From: Octopus sinensis
Lineage: Eukaryota
Reading direction: 5' to 3'
Length of the DNA: 64,000 nucleotides
Assembly: GCF_006345805.1 (NCBI RefSeq)
Contig: NC_042997.1
Location: 131,192,001-131,256,000 of the forward strand
Numbering within the stretch: position 1 is the stretch's first letter; the number at the start of each line of letters is the position of its first letter. The notes under the pieces were generated by a model, which saw nothing but the letters and a program-made list of their open reading frames with translations, was not told where the DNA came from and ran no database searches. Both the position numbers and the translations under genes were made by a program. Of the stretch, positions 1 to 13,329 are shown piece after piece.

Positions 1-1244
1 CCCCTCTGTGTTTAGCCCCTTGTGGGTAGTAAAGAAATAGGTATTGGACTACCAACTTAAGGAGCATCTATTTGTGTTATGCTACTGGCATCGAACCAGG
101 GGACAGTCTGATTTTTTCTTTTGTTGTTGTAAAGAGTAAGAGTAGCACTGTAAAATTAACGATCGTTTCATTTATTCTACGATACTTCGGATATAACTTG
201 AAGAAGTATGGGCCTCACCCAGCAAACTTGCTTCTAGATACTTTTTTTTATATAAACGAAAACTTCAATGGCTCATTAAATTATGTGAATCACTGCGATT
301 AAGTCGGATCCAGGATATTACTTGTATATACTTAAATGACATGGATAAGATAAGAACAAGGGACCACGAGGGACGTAACTAAATACTATGACTCACTCAG
401 TTCGATGCTTCGCTATCTGCCCCAAGGGAATATTAAACCTTCAGAAAACGATAACCTCTCGTTGGTTTAAAAATAAAGGAAATATTCCAAGGTCAAATAA
501 TATTAATGCGAGGGCTTACGTCAGCAACAGATTTATTGACACTACCGAAACTTTTTGTGTTGTTTTTCAATGTCGTTCTCTCTGTTCAAACGATGTATCG
601 AATAACTCCAAACTGTCTTTGGTCATAGTTTCATACATTGTTAGTAACATGGCGCTTGTTGCTAGACAAGGTTTCGTGCCTCGCTGAACAGAACTCTAGT
701 CCTATATATTTACTCTAAATTAACCCGGTCACGTACTTAAAACATTTCGAAGACAAACTGTTCGTTTGGTTTCCCATAAAATAGCGCGACCCTTTAACGG
801 CAGCTTTGGCTTATCGTTTTTTTTTCTTTGTTTTTGTTTTTGTTTTCCCACCGTCTTTTGGAACTGAAATTCTTGGAAAACAATTTACCGCTTCGGAGCG
901 AAAGATTTCTAAATAGATGGAATTTGCATCGCTTCTGAGTCAAAGGCCAAAGGGATTATTCAATCGTTACTAATTAGTAAAAAAAAAAAGAGTTTCTAAA
1001 AAATAAGAGGGTATTATAGCTTACTTTTCAGGACATTTGTAACAGGAGTTAGAAGGGGCTGTAACTTCCCACCATTGATTTCAGATGTCATCTCTTCTTT
1101 CCATATCTTCTACATAGAGTCCTGTGGTAAAAAAATAAAAGGTTCATGCAATTTATTTTTTACTTTATAGATCTTGAAAAATTTTGCAACAACTTCGAGG
1201 GAAAAGCTGAAAAAAATCTAGCTTTTTTTTCTGCAGGTTATAAT

Positions 1245-1449
1245 ATTGGTTTCAGGTTTTAGCACAAAGCCAGTAATTTCAGGGGGAGGAGAAAATTTGA
1301 TTACATCGACCCTAGTGTTCAGCTGGTACTTATTTTATCGACCTCGAAGGGATGAAAGGCAAAGTCAACCTTGGTAGCATTTGAACTCAGAACGTGAAGA
1401 CGGACGAAATGCTGCTAAGCATTTTGCCTGATTCTATCAGCATGCCGCC
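1245..1449 (-). mobile_element. tRNA-derived SINE (family with central GGTCGACTTTGCCTTTCATCCTTTCGGGGTCGATAAA domain)
   Basis: Reverse complement shows head with B-box GAGTTCAAAT and the central domain found in more than 15 other copies in the window. Confidence 0.8.
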
Positions 1450-3050
1450 TTCTAGAGGTTATGATACGAACATTATTTTCGGACAAAGTTAGAAATATCT
1501 TCCAAAATGGAATTAGTTCATTTGATCAATAGTGTTATGTGTAACATTCCCGTTAATAGAGCTGTGGTTTGGTAGATATGGTATAGCACTGGATTAAATG
1601 TACCATATCTCTACAGTCAGAGTTCAAATTCTACCATAACTGACTGTTTTTCATGGGCACAGATATGATTCTGTGTTTAAGAAGTTCACTCTGCAATCAC
1701 ATGGTTTTGAGTTCGACCCCACTACGCTGCACCTTGGGCATGTGTCTTCTATCATATCTTCTAAATATCATGAGTGAAATTGGATTTGCGAAAACTATTT
1801 CGAAGCCTATCAACTGGAATTGTATTTTTTCTAATGTGATTGACTTAATCTGTTGCTCCGGTTCATCGCCACAATCTAGTCCTTGGGTGGCTCTATTGGA
1901 ATTCATTCTATTCCGAGATTTCAGATCCGGCTTTTGGTCAGAAATGCATGGTTTCTTATGAAGGCCCAATGGATTTATCGACCTTAATTTTCCCTATTGC
2001 CCTTCCCTACAAGAATATGGGTTGTAGCAGCGAAAAATAGTAATATCTAGATTAATCGTGGGCGACGTGGAGTAAGGTAAGGTGTCCAACTGGCAGGGTC
2101 GTTAGAGCGCCGGATAGAATGCTTTAACGGCAATCGTTCGGTGGGGAGGAAGGCGTCATTAAGACCTGAATGTCTACGAAGACGTCCTCTTACCACAGGT
2201 TGTTGTGGACCACCAAAGTATTTACTACTGTGTCGCAAAGATGACACCGGGTGCACCACTGTCTCTGGTCGTGAACCTTTGTGTTTAATTTGCCCATGCA
2301 TTTCTACCATCGGGTAACTATGTATGTGATGCACGAACCCTTTCTGCTGTCCCATAACTACCAAGGTTCGTTCCTTGCATCTCTTTCGCGAACATGAGAA
2401 GCCGTCTTCATTTTTAGGTAAGAGTATTTCGTTTTCCTTCTTCTTTCTTGGTTGAATTTCTCAGGCAAAAATATACGCTTCTGTGACACCTTTTCACGCT
2501 TTGTCTTCTATCTGGAAATGACCCATGTTTTTTTTTCGTTCGCAACACAAACAAAAAACGGGTTACTGTTGTTGTTAGCGGTTTTGTTATTGTCATTTTA
2601 GTTAACGTTTTCACCACTTACTTTTGTGCTTCTGAAATTGTAATTGTGTTTATGACTATCTCTGTCATTTTATTTTGTTTTTCTAGTTTTAAATTCATAG
2701 TATTTTCACACGTTTGTGAAGAAGCTTTATTACTACCACTATTGAATCTAACATCTTTTTGTGGTCATTTTGGATTTCGAATAGAAAATACAAATGGCCA
2801 CAATGCAAAAATATATACACGGTTGAAAATGTTTAGACAAAACTTTTTTTGCAAATTTAAAATTCCAACCACTTTTGCCGATTTAAAATTCTAAAACCAT
2901 TTGTTAGTAAAAAAGAGAAAAAAAAACACTTTTTACATCAAGAAATCTTAGTAAAAAATGACTTCTAGGCGGAGATCTATGAAACGTGACAATTTACAAC
3001 TAACAACAGTAACAACAACAGCAACGATATTAATAATATTAATATTAATA

Positions 3051-3094
<44 letters not shown>

Positions 3095-3095
<1 letters not shown>

Positions 3096-3612
3096 TGGCT
3101 TCTGATCTTAACTGATTGGAAGTGTTATCATGTACATTGTATTGTCTTGGTATAAAAGATGGGCTACAGCAAATATTCTGCTCAATACCACAGATTTGCT
3201 TGTCAGTTGTTTGACCTTAACCAGTTGACCATGTCCCTTAGTGGCTGATTATATGTGCATCTCTGATCACGAGCAGAAGTGGTGGGGGAGCAGCATAGCG
3301 GTGTGTTGAAAGGAATTCTTAGAGGCTTGGATAATTCACCTTTGGAAACATGGGTGGTTCGTTCAACATCTTTAAACAATTCTTATTCAGGGACCTTTTG
3401 AGCGAGATGGGCTACTCGACCAGAAAAAAATTCTAACTGGGCTCCACCTGCAAGGTCATACGCTGTTTATCTTGATATGAGATCACAATGTCGCGCACAT
3501 ATGGTTGTGATGCATGCGCCTGGTGTATCAGACGGGTAGTCATGATGGGTATACTGGGCTTCGTATATTTTACCCCAGTGTCACTTTGATGGCATGCACT
3601 GCTCTCTCACTC
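3095..3612 (+). mobile_element. Non-coding retroposon or LINE 3' UTR embedded in (TAA)n
   Basis: About 520 bp of mixed-composition sequence bounded on both sides by (AAT)n; ends CACTCAATAATAAT; no credible ORF. Confidence 0.5.
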
Positions 3613-3659
3613 AATAATAATAATAATAATAATATAATAACAATAATAATAATAATAAT

Positions 3660-4189
3660 GGGGATTTGAAGCTGGAAACACATGGTACAATCATTGAGTG
3701 GAAAGAGGACTGGAGTCGAAGAAATATAAGATTTTGTGGGATTTTGCTATTCAAACGAACAAGAAGTTAGAAAATAATAGACCAGACATAACAATTATAG
3801 TTGAGGAAAAGCGAAGTTGCTTACTTATCGACCCATCATGCCCGTTTGATTTCGGGATCGTAAAGAAAGACAATATATTTATATATAATCCCTTAAAATT
3901 TGAAATAGGAAGAATTCGGAGCATGCGAATAGTAAAGGTCGTGCCTATAATAATTGGTGTGTTGAGAACAGTAAGGCAAAATACTGAAAAATGGCTGAAG
4001 GAGATTGGAATAGCATGCCCGGTAGAGCTCCTACAGAAAGTTTGTCTCTTAGGGGCAGCGAGGATTATCAGGTGGATTCTAAGCACTGGAGAGACTGCTG
4101 AAAATTTGTGGATACCTAAGGTTAGAGATAGTAACCCGCTACCGACATAAATCCTTCCAGGAATAAGACCGAATCTGAGCCAAACCAAA
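3660..4189 (+). mobile_element. 5'-truncated R4/Dong-type LINE, C-terminal restriction-like endonuclease domain
   Basis: ORF 3698-4150 has ILWDF, NRPDI..LLID..CPFD (PD..D RLE motif), VVPIIIG and LQKVCLLG; (TAA)n on both flanks. Confidence 0.85.
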
Positions 4190-4619
4190 ATAATAATAAT
4201 TCCTTTTATTAACCAAAAGAGCATACGTGAGGATAACATATCAAGGACAGACAACACAATTTGTATGGGGATTTACATAAGGGTTGGGGAGAATAGAATA
4301 GAAAGGACAGTGAAATGCGATTATCGTTTTCCCTTCTGGCAGCCGAAGTTGATTCCTTTCCAGAAGGATCAGTAGTTATACAATCTCATTCCCCCTCTTG
4401 TGTTAACCTCTGCCCCTGCTCTAATGAAATATATACCTATATATGCATACACAAGTTCATATCTATTTCATTCCCTATTTACACCGTATTTCGTTTCATT
4501 TTTTCCTTATCAGTTTTCCTTCCCTTTTTTTCCCCATGAATACAATTTGTTACATGCCCAAATTTTAAGACGCGTCACATATCTTTGAGACTCAACAACG
4601 TTCTTCAGTAGTGCTTGCT

Positions 4620-4770
4620 GATGTTTTCTTTCTTTCTTTCTTTCTTCTTTCTGTCTTTCTTTCTTTCTTTCCTTCTTTCTTATTTTCTTTCTTTCTCTCT
4701 CTCGCTTTCTTTCTTTCTTTTTTCTCTCTCTCCCCCTCTCTCTTTCTCTTTCTCTCTCTCCCTCTCTTTT

Positions 4771-4801
<31 letters not shown>

Positions 4802-4842
4802 CTCTTTCTTTCTTTCTTTCCTTCTTTCTTTCTTTCTTTCCT

Positions 4843-4901
<59 letters not shown>

Positions 4902-4902
4902 A
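4620..4902 (+). repeat. (CTTT)n/(CT)n compound microsatellite
   Basis: Seen directly. Confidence 0.95.
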
Positions 4903-5293
4903 CATAACTGTAACATTCCTCCGATGATTTATATCTGTCAACAGAATAAGATGATTCGTGAAAATAAAACCAAGTTTGGTTGCTATGGGGTGTTTCCCAA
5001 TGGTACTATTTTCACATTATATGCTATTCATTATAAGAAATGGTTCCAGTGAAATTTTAAAAGCAAGCAAAAGGATTCCGAAACGAAAAGTAAAATGTTA
5101 AACTTTTACCTTTTACTTGTTTCGGTCATTGGACAGCGGCCTTGCTGGGGCACTACATAGAAGAGATTTATTAAAAAAAAATCGACCCCAGTACTTTTTT
5201 TCTCTTATGTTCAGTACTTAGTCTATCGGTCTCTATTGCCGAACTGCTAAATTATGACAACACTGGTTGTCAAGCGGTGGGTGCGTGTGTGGC

Positions 5294-5674
5294 AAACCCT
5301 AGTATCGATCTATTGCATTTCAATCTATTTTAGGGTTAGGGTTAGAGTTAGGGTTAGTTAGGGTAAGTTAGGGTTAGAGTTAGGGGTGGGGAAGGGTATC
5401 ATTTTTTTCTTCAGAAATGTAAATAAACCCAATCTGTTTCTTAAACGAGGGACATTTTCATACGGCACAGAATGTTTTCACCTCAATAGACGTCATTGAT
5501 TGGTTGAAATTGAAGAAAAAAAACAACAAATATCTTACAAACTATAGAATTTTCACAATAAAGCCAAGAGAAAAAGATGTTTTATAAATACATTCTACCA
5601 GTATACGAAGTTTAAAAGTGTTTAGTTACGTGGAAATTATTTTAAAAAACTGCCGTTCAAACCGAAAAGATCCC
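5294..5674. mobile_element. MITE-like repeat with an internal degenerate (TTAGGG)n tract
   Basis: TTAGGG-like units at 5330-5396; ends AAAGATCCC; internal motifs (TAACTAAACACT, TGGTAGAATG, AACCAATCAATGACGT on the minus strand) shared with the TIR element at 56164-56386. Confidence 0.6.
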
Positions 5675-6547
5675 TTTCCATTCTAATTTTCTTTCCATTC
5701 TTTTGCTTCCGTTTGGTAATTTCCTTTTGTTATTTTTTTCTTCGCTTCACGTAAAAAAAACAACAACCAACCAACAACCCCCCTCCCCCCCAAAAAAACT
5801 AACTTGGAATTTGTTCCTGTCTGCTACATTTATTTTTTATATTTAAAGGTCTAGACGTACGTCAAAAGGAATGCAATACATTCTAAGCAACTGCTGTCAA
5901 AATGTCGTCTGTTCCCTCTGCTGTCATCGGTGTAAGACTTAAGAGTTAAATTCTCTTTCTCGTTCTAATATGTAATTTAAGCTTGTTGTACTAATACACA
6001 GCAATCTTCGAGCACTAAACATGCCACCTCAAACACACGCGAATATACCCACCCCCGCAAACAGTCACTGATATAAATAACCAAGATTTTTTGTACCTTA
6101 TTCATCTATTTATTTATTTAGTTGGGTATCGAATAATTTTGGCATATAAACTCGTAATATGCATCTGCTGGCAAAGTGAAATTAAATATTCTGGGAATAA
6201 CTAAATAAAGAATAAACTCACTTTTGTAATTTAGCTAATGTAGTTTCACATTCCTTGTTTTCACCGAAACTTGCGTATTCTTTTCGTTTTTGCTGTCGAT
6301 GTAGATTTAGGATTTATAAAAAAGAGTTGCTACTTTATTTATTTATTATTTATTTATTTATTTATTTCTATTACTGGACTTGCCGTTAACAAATAAATAA
6401 ATTTTATGTCATCAACCGTTTTACTTGACGTTAAAAGTAACAAACCGCCATCTGAAAGTTTCTGAGCTAAGGAAATATATAGAACGTGTGCGTGCGCGTG
6501 AGTGTGTCTGTTTGCGTACAAGCGTTTGTGTGTGAGTGTGTATGTGC

Positions 6548-6589
<42 letters not shown>

Positions 6590-6995
6590 AAGATCATATA
6601 TCAATTCTATTGCTGGTAATTATAAATTTCTTGTTATGTAAGACAAATCACACATTGAATGTAAGATTGAGCTGTCGTTACTAGGATCATATTTGTAGAA
6701 TGTTGTAATTATTCGTTTTCCGAGAGTGTCAGCGATGTATCCACTTGCATTCTTTGAAAGTCAGATCTCGTCATCCCTGTACAAACCTACATTAATGCCA
6801 TTAAAAGAACTCTCTATTCTGTGGAGAAGGAACAAGCTTATAATTTCGCATAATTCGGCCTCATCAAAAGTAGACATATGACATCAAAATTATCTGTTCC
6901 GTTCTTCTTAACCCAGAAAACATTGGGATAGTTGTTTTGTGTGATAGAAAATATAACTTGGAAAGTTTGCCGTATTAGATTCGTCCTTTGGAACG

Positions 6996-7072
<77 letters not shown>

Positions 7073-7076
<4 letters not shown>

Positions 7077-7318
7077 GTGCCGATTTTTAAAGGAAAGAAA
7101 AAAGTCAATAAATACTTGCCATTACATTTTTAATCAACCAAATATGAACCATTTTGTTGCACAATGCATCTCCATCTTTCCTTTAACTTGAAATTACCCT
7201 CTTCCCAGAATTGAGGTGGTTTCATGGCAAAGAATTCATCAAGGTATCTTTTTACGTCATCCAAGGAATTGAAATTTTTACTAATAAGACTATTCTTCAG
7301 AGACCTGAATAAGTGGAA
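7073..7318 (-). mobile_element. mariner transposon 3' fragment
   Basis: FRSLKNSL..KNFNSLDDVKRYLDEFFAMKPPQFWEEG..KLKERWRCIVQQNGSYLVD* is a mariner C-terminus; terminal TTGGGTGCCGATTTT next to a TA run; truncated at (CATA)n. Confidence 0.85.
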
Positions 7319-7360
7319 CATACATACATACATACATACATACATACATACATACATACA

Positions 7361-8775
7361 AAGAATGTTACAAGTACCTAGGCATAGAGTAACCCGAGAA
7401 TATTACACCAGACTTAGGAAACTATAGCAGTCGGAACTCTCCTCTTACAACAAAACAATATCCCACAATGCATTTGCAGTACCAGTGCTGATTCCAACAT
7501 TTGGGGTACTTGATTGGTCTGTAGAGGAAATCCACTCTATAGATATCTAAACCCGCAAAATCCTGACAACAGCTACGAACTTCCAGAGAAACAGTGATGT
7601 TGACAAGCTCTACCTAAGATGAAATGAAAGTAGTAGAGGCCTAAGATCAGTGCAGACGACCTTCGAATGCTGAATGGTATCATTCAGCCAGCACCTGCTA
7701 AACAACAGTAGCAAAAATAAATATATAATGCTGTGCCGAAAAGTGAAGTGAGCAACATTGTACGAAGCACTCTCTTCCTCATGATCTCCTATACAGCCCC
7801 CAAAACAGCTGGGCTCTCTTACCTCAGAGAATACCTGGATGGAAAACACTCGGCATACAAAAGAAAAAAAAAAAGACTATGCATGGGTATGTTGCCCGGA
7901 ACCTTGAAGAAGACAGTAGAATCGACACGAAGTGCAGCCTCTCTTGAATACAAGATCGCTACTATATCACATTACACTTTGAAGGCTATGCGTTTGCAAT
8001 CCAGGAACAGGAGATTGCCACAAAGTACCTGGTGAACAAGAGAGACCGTGACGCTCTTGTAATTCCAAGGTGCAACCGCATGTGTAGGCTATGTCATGTT
8101 TCTGTGGAAGACATCATTCATGTGATTAGCAGCTGTCCTAAAATGTCGTCACGGTACTACCTCCCTATGCGGCACGATGTTGTTGGTAAAACAATTTACA
8201 ATGCCATCCGCAAAAAGACTGTCCTGAAATAAACTTTGAAAATCCCCCTGTTACAGAATACATCCATAAACACCAACTCAAGGAATACTGGTGGAATATT
8301 CCCATCAAAACTTCTGTCAAATGTAAACATAACAGGCCGAATTTTGTTGTTTGGGACAGAGGGGCAAAGATATGTACCATCATAAGGCCATCTGCCCAGC
8401 AGATATAAATATCTCTTTGAAAATCAAAGAAAAAGAGGATGTCTATGGACAACTGCTTCGAAACCTCCAGCATCTATATCCAGACTATGAATTCATATTC
8501 ATACCAATCATAATTGTAGCACTAGGTTTTGTTAGTAAATGATTAAAGCTGAATCTGGATAAATTGGGATTTTCAGAAAGAGAAATCGACCGGCTAATTC
8601 GTACATTACAAGTGCAATCTGTGAGTGGAACAGTAAAAATATGCCAGACTTTTCTCAAGTTCCAAATGTGAATTTGTCTGTGTTAACTACATCCCAAAGT
8701 TGAGGCCTTGTATCTTTGTTGGAAACCGGCTCCCACCTCAGTGGAAGATTTATAATAATTAAAAAATAGAAGAGA
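7361..8775 (+). mobile_element. 5'-truncated, decayed R4-type LINE (RT end, CCHC knuckle, RLE, 3' UTR) in (CATA)n
   Basis: YKYLG; SDVDKLYL..RGL; CRLCHVSVEDIIHVISSC; RHDVV; HNRP..CPADINI..KEKEDVY; several stops and frameshifts; (CATA)n on both flanks. Confidence 0.9.
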
Positions 8776-8785
8776 CATACATACA

Positions 8786-8816
<31 letters not shown>

Positions 8817-9083
8817 GTGTACACACATGCACACTGACGTCCACATATGCGCACAGACAAACAAACAGAAAGAACGCAGCTCAGATAAAGGACAAAATCA
8901 ACAATTATGGAAGAAGTTGCAAAAAGCAACGAAAATTTAAGAAAAATAAATAAGTAAATGAGTGGAAATGGAACCGATGAGTGTGTTAATTAATAAGTCA
9001 TTAAAAAAGATTGACTCTCTCCAGACAATAATTGTGTGTGAGTGTGTGTGTGTATACATACACACATATATGCATGTGTATAA

Positions 9084-9119
<36 letters not shown>

Positions 9120-12100
9120 CATATATATATGCACATAAACATGCACATATATATATATGTATGTATATACATACACACACATGTATGCATATATGCATAT
9201 GTGTATGTATTATGCTTTTTGGGTCTTCTGGATACCAAAACCTCTCATATATGCATATATATATATATATATTATATATATATATATATACATACATACA
9301 TACACACACACACACATGTATGTATAGATATTTATAGACATTTGTATACATATATTTATATACATATATGTACACTTATGCATTTTTCTGTCGTTCTATC
9401 TATCCATCTATCTACCTACCTACCTACCTACCTACCTACCTTCCTTCCTTTCCATTTTAACTGCAACCGGTTAAGAAAAAATATTGGAATTAAGAATTTA
9501 AATGCATTATTCATGAATTTAACAGAGATAATGGCCTTAGTTTTTATTGAAACAACTGCATATTGTTTGTATTTGGTGTTTTTTCGTTGTAATAGTTAAT
9601 ACTTGGTTATTGCCGTTGAATGAATTTTCTATAAACGGCGTATTTTATCCAAACTAGAAACTAAAAACAAAATCTATTTCTGGCTCCGCTTAGTAGTATA
9701 TTCTGTCTCTCGATTTCCTTCACAAACCACAAATAAAAATTATGAATCACAGTTATTACTTTACAGTATTGAACCGCTTGTTTTATACAGTAGGTTATAA
9801 TGATAAAGTTAGTGTCATACCATTGTTTCATTGTATTTGATCGATATCAAGAAGACGAAAAAAACATCAATTATAGCTCGTAGCAGGACGTTAGGCTGAA
9901 AAATTACTTAACTGTTTATCCTCGAATAGTTCAAATGTGTATAGCAAAATATACGGAAGTGAGTAATCTTCTACTCATTGCTTTTAGAGTTATGTACTTC
10001 GCTAGCAGAGCTCTGAGAATCTAGGATATATTTTAGCAGATGTTGCATTTTTTCGTACAACTCATATCAGAAAAATTTTGGATTGTCATGAGATAAACAG
10101 TATTACAGAGAAGTAAGACATGTGTTGTGTATTTAAAATTAAAGTATCGTTTAGTTTTTAGCTCTGATCTGACATTGTACGTCGTTCACAGACAAATCCC
10201 AAAATATAACAGTCATCGTGCAAATTCTTGTAGTCAGGAAGTCACCAATTCGTTACGAAAACATGATAGTCGGTCGTCAAATATATATAGAATCAATGTA
10301 TATCAATACATCGGAGAAATGATTGAATAAAGAGAACAAAATTAATTATTAAAGTGGCCATTTATTAAGATGATTATTGTGTTAGTCGATACAATATAGA
10401 AAACAACTTTTTATAGCTGAAGTTATTTGCAGATCTCCAGTCCATTCTCAATGATAGCTAGTAGTTTGTTTCATTTCTGTGATAGATAAAGTAACAGTTG
10501 CATTGTCCTGCTCATGACAAGACATACCCGAGGAAGATAGCCATGCTATTGGTAAGCACCGAATTACAAAAGAAGTAGAAAGCTATTTATCTTGTGTATT
10601 TATAGTCTTCGAAACTAAATGAGGTCAAGCTAAAATATAAAGGGGTTTCTCCTCTATATCAGGACTCGAAAAGGTATAAAAAGTCAACCCATTAATTTCT
10701 AAGTGCAAAAAGTGAGAAAGCTTGGCCGAGGACTTGTTTGAAACTATGGATTCGATTTTGGATCCTAGCTTTGGAAGTTATAAACCTGTCCGCTACAGGT
10801 TTATAACAGATTATCTACATATGTTATATAAAATGTTAAATAGGTGAGTAATACATAACAAACGTTCTTTGAGGCATTTATCAAATTATCATAGAGTGAT
10901 GGATAGCAGAACTGATAAAACACCAGAATACATGTTTTGATTACAACCCTTTACATTCTGAGTTCCCACTCCAACAGGTTGACCAAGCCTTACATCCTTC
11001 CGAGATCAACTTTGCCTTTCATCTACGGCTGAAACAACAAAGTATCAGTGTTGTACTAGGTCAATGCTCTCTACTACTTACCCTCAAAACTGTTGGCATT
11101 GAACCTGATTCAGAAGCGATTATTTGGACGTGACGTGGTAAGTAAACTAAGTTTCACGAACCGGTTTCGATTTTTTTAAAGCAGAGCTATAGGCCAATGG
11201 ACAATTCATGAACACCATTTAAAGCATAAATGTCAAATAACTTTCAAAGTGATTCTGTGATAATTTCTTCTCTTATAATTCTATTAACATTTAGGATGCA
11301 TGAAAAGAATAAGTGTCATCAGGACATGGTAGATTATTTATTTTATCAACATGAGAAGGATGAAAGGAAAGTTTGTATCTGCCGGCTTTGAACTCGGAAC
11401 GTAAAGGGCCGTAACTACATTGCACAAGCATTTTCCACCGATGCCCTAACAATTCTGCTAATTGCCACAATGAAATTCGGTTATTTTTTGATCAGTAAGT
11501 ATAAGTAGACTAGAGAGTAGAGCGCCAAACTTAATACATTGAGGGACTTCGTTTTTCATCGACCAGGTCCCATAACATTTGTTTTTAATTTAGGTATGTG
11601 GCTTGCAGTTTTAAAAATGGGCTTAGTCAATTACATCGACTCCGTTACTTTATTTTGTCGACTCTGGGGGCGATAAACGGCAAAAAATGACCTCGGAGGG
11701 ATTCGAACTCCGTTTTACGTAATAAACACCAGTTACAGATTAAGTTGACTGCGTACTTTTAAAAACGAGTCCTATGGATAATAAAACAGATATGATATCA
11801 ATAGACAAAACAAGAAAAAAATTCATGTGGTTTTCAACAAGGGTTACAGCACGTAAATGCATTCCGGTGATGTTTTAACAAATTGAAATTAACCCAAGGA
11901 AAAATCGTTACATGTGAACAAGTAAATTCAATCGACTGCACGGAATCACTCACCACTCCATAAATAGATCCTATATCGAAACCTTACTCATTAGTGTTAT
12001 AGAAAATAGTGATGAATAAGGTTTCAATATCAGAACAGGCTATAAAATTACCTTTTTTTTGTGTGCGTATGAAATGGATTTTTCTCGTGTTATGTAAAGT

Positions 12101-12164
12101 GGAAAAAGCGTTTTGGTGTACGTTTATGCGCCGTAACCTCCTACTGAAAGAGCACGTATCCACG

Positions 12165-12206
<42 letters not shown>

Positions 12207-12321
12207 TAGATATATGCACACATATATACATGATATATTTATATATCTATATATATATATATATAATATTATATATATATATATATAGACAGATAGATAT
12301 ATGCACCACATATATACATGC

Positions 12322-12371
<50 letters not shown>

Positions 12372-12471
12372 NNNNNNNNNNNNNNNNNNNNNNNNNNNNN
12401 NNNNNNNNNNNNNNNNNNNNNNNNNNNNNNNNNNNNNNNNNNNNNNNNNNNNNNNNNNNNNNNNNNNNNNN
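12372..12471. other. Assembly gap (100 N) following a (TA)n tract
   Basis: Run of N. Confidence 0.99.
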
Positions 12472-12970
12472 AGGGATTTAGGCCTGAACAATTTATGGTA
12501 AAGACTGTTTCAAATAGGCACAAGGGTGGAAATTTTGAGGTTAATCGATATTTTATCGATCTTGGACTGATGGAAGACAAAGTGTATGCTGATAGGATTT
12601 GAACTGGTAAAAATGAGCCGTAACTGATTTGGTAATAATTGTAGCTATTACTGGCACAAGGCCAGAAATTCTGGAGGAAGTAGGGTTAGTCGATTACATT
12701 AACGCCAGTATTGAAATGGTACCGCCAATGGTAGCTCTAGATGAATTGGTAATAATGGAAATGAAGAGGTCAGTGAAGCGGAACATGAATTAAGGAATAG
12801 TTTCTAGACACCTGAAATATTTTGATCTAAAGCAATAAATAAAACAAAATATAACGTAAGAAATTAAATTTTGTTGTAGCTAAGCAAGGTTCAGCCACTA
12901 TAAATATAAGTCTTGATGTATATGATATATGTAAACGTACGTTGTATATATACAAACATGTTAAATTTGT

Positions 12971-13110
12971 ACATTATTTACAATTGACGGATATTTGTTC
13001 TCATCTTTGTCCCCAAGACACCTGATGAAGGCTGGAGGGTATATCAGCCGAAACGTTGTGTTAATAACAAACAAGATGAGGACAAATATCCGTCAACTGT
13101 AAATAATGTG
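12971..13110 (+). mobile_element. Penelope-like element terminus with inverted duplication
   Basis: About 38-bp inverted repeat (ACATTATTTACAATTGACGGATATTTG / CAAATATCCGTCAACTGTAAATAATGT) enclosing a hammerhead motif. Confidence 0.65.
13017..13062 (+). ncRNA. Minimal type I hammerhead ribozyme motif
   Basis: GACAC-CTGATGA-A-GGCTG[10 nt]CAGCC-GAAA-CG-TT-GTGTT: stems I and II pair, stem III is a palindrome (AACGTT). Confidence 0.8.
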
Positions 13111-13284
13111 CATAATTCCTCATCACTTAAATTTAGAAATATTAACTTTGCCTATTTCTCTGTAGTTTAAAAACAATGACGAACAGCCGTAATCTATTTT
13201 CAACATTTATCGAGTTCGTCTGAATGTGTACATCACTTGACCAATCCCAGAGAAACGAGTAGCCAATCTCTATCTCTCTTCTCC

Positions 13285-13329
<45 letters not shown>

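Noticed and set aside
5330-5396. True telomere
   Set aside because: Short, degenerate and internal to a dispersed repeat.
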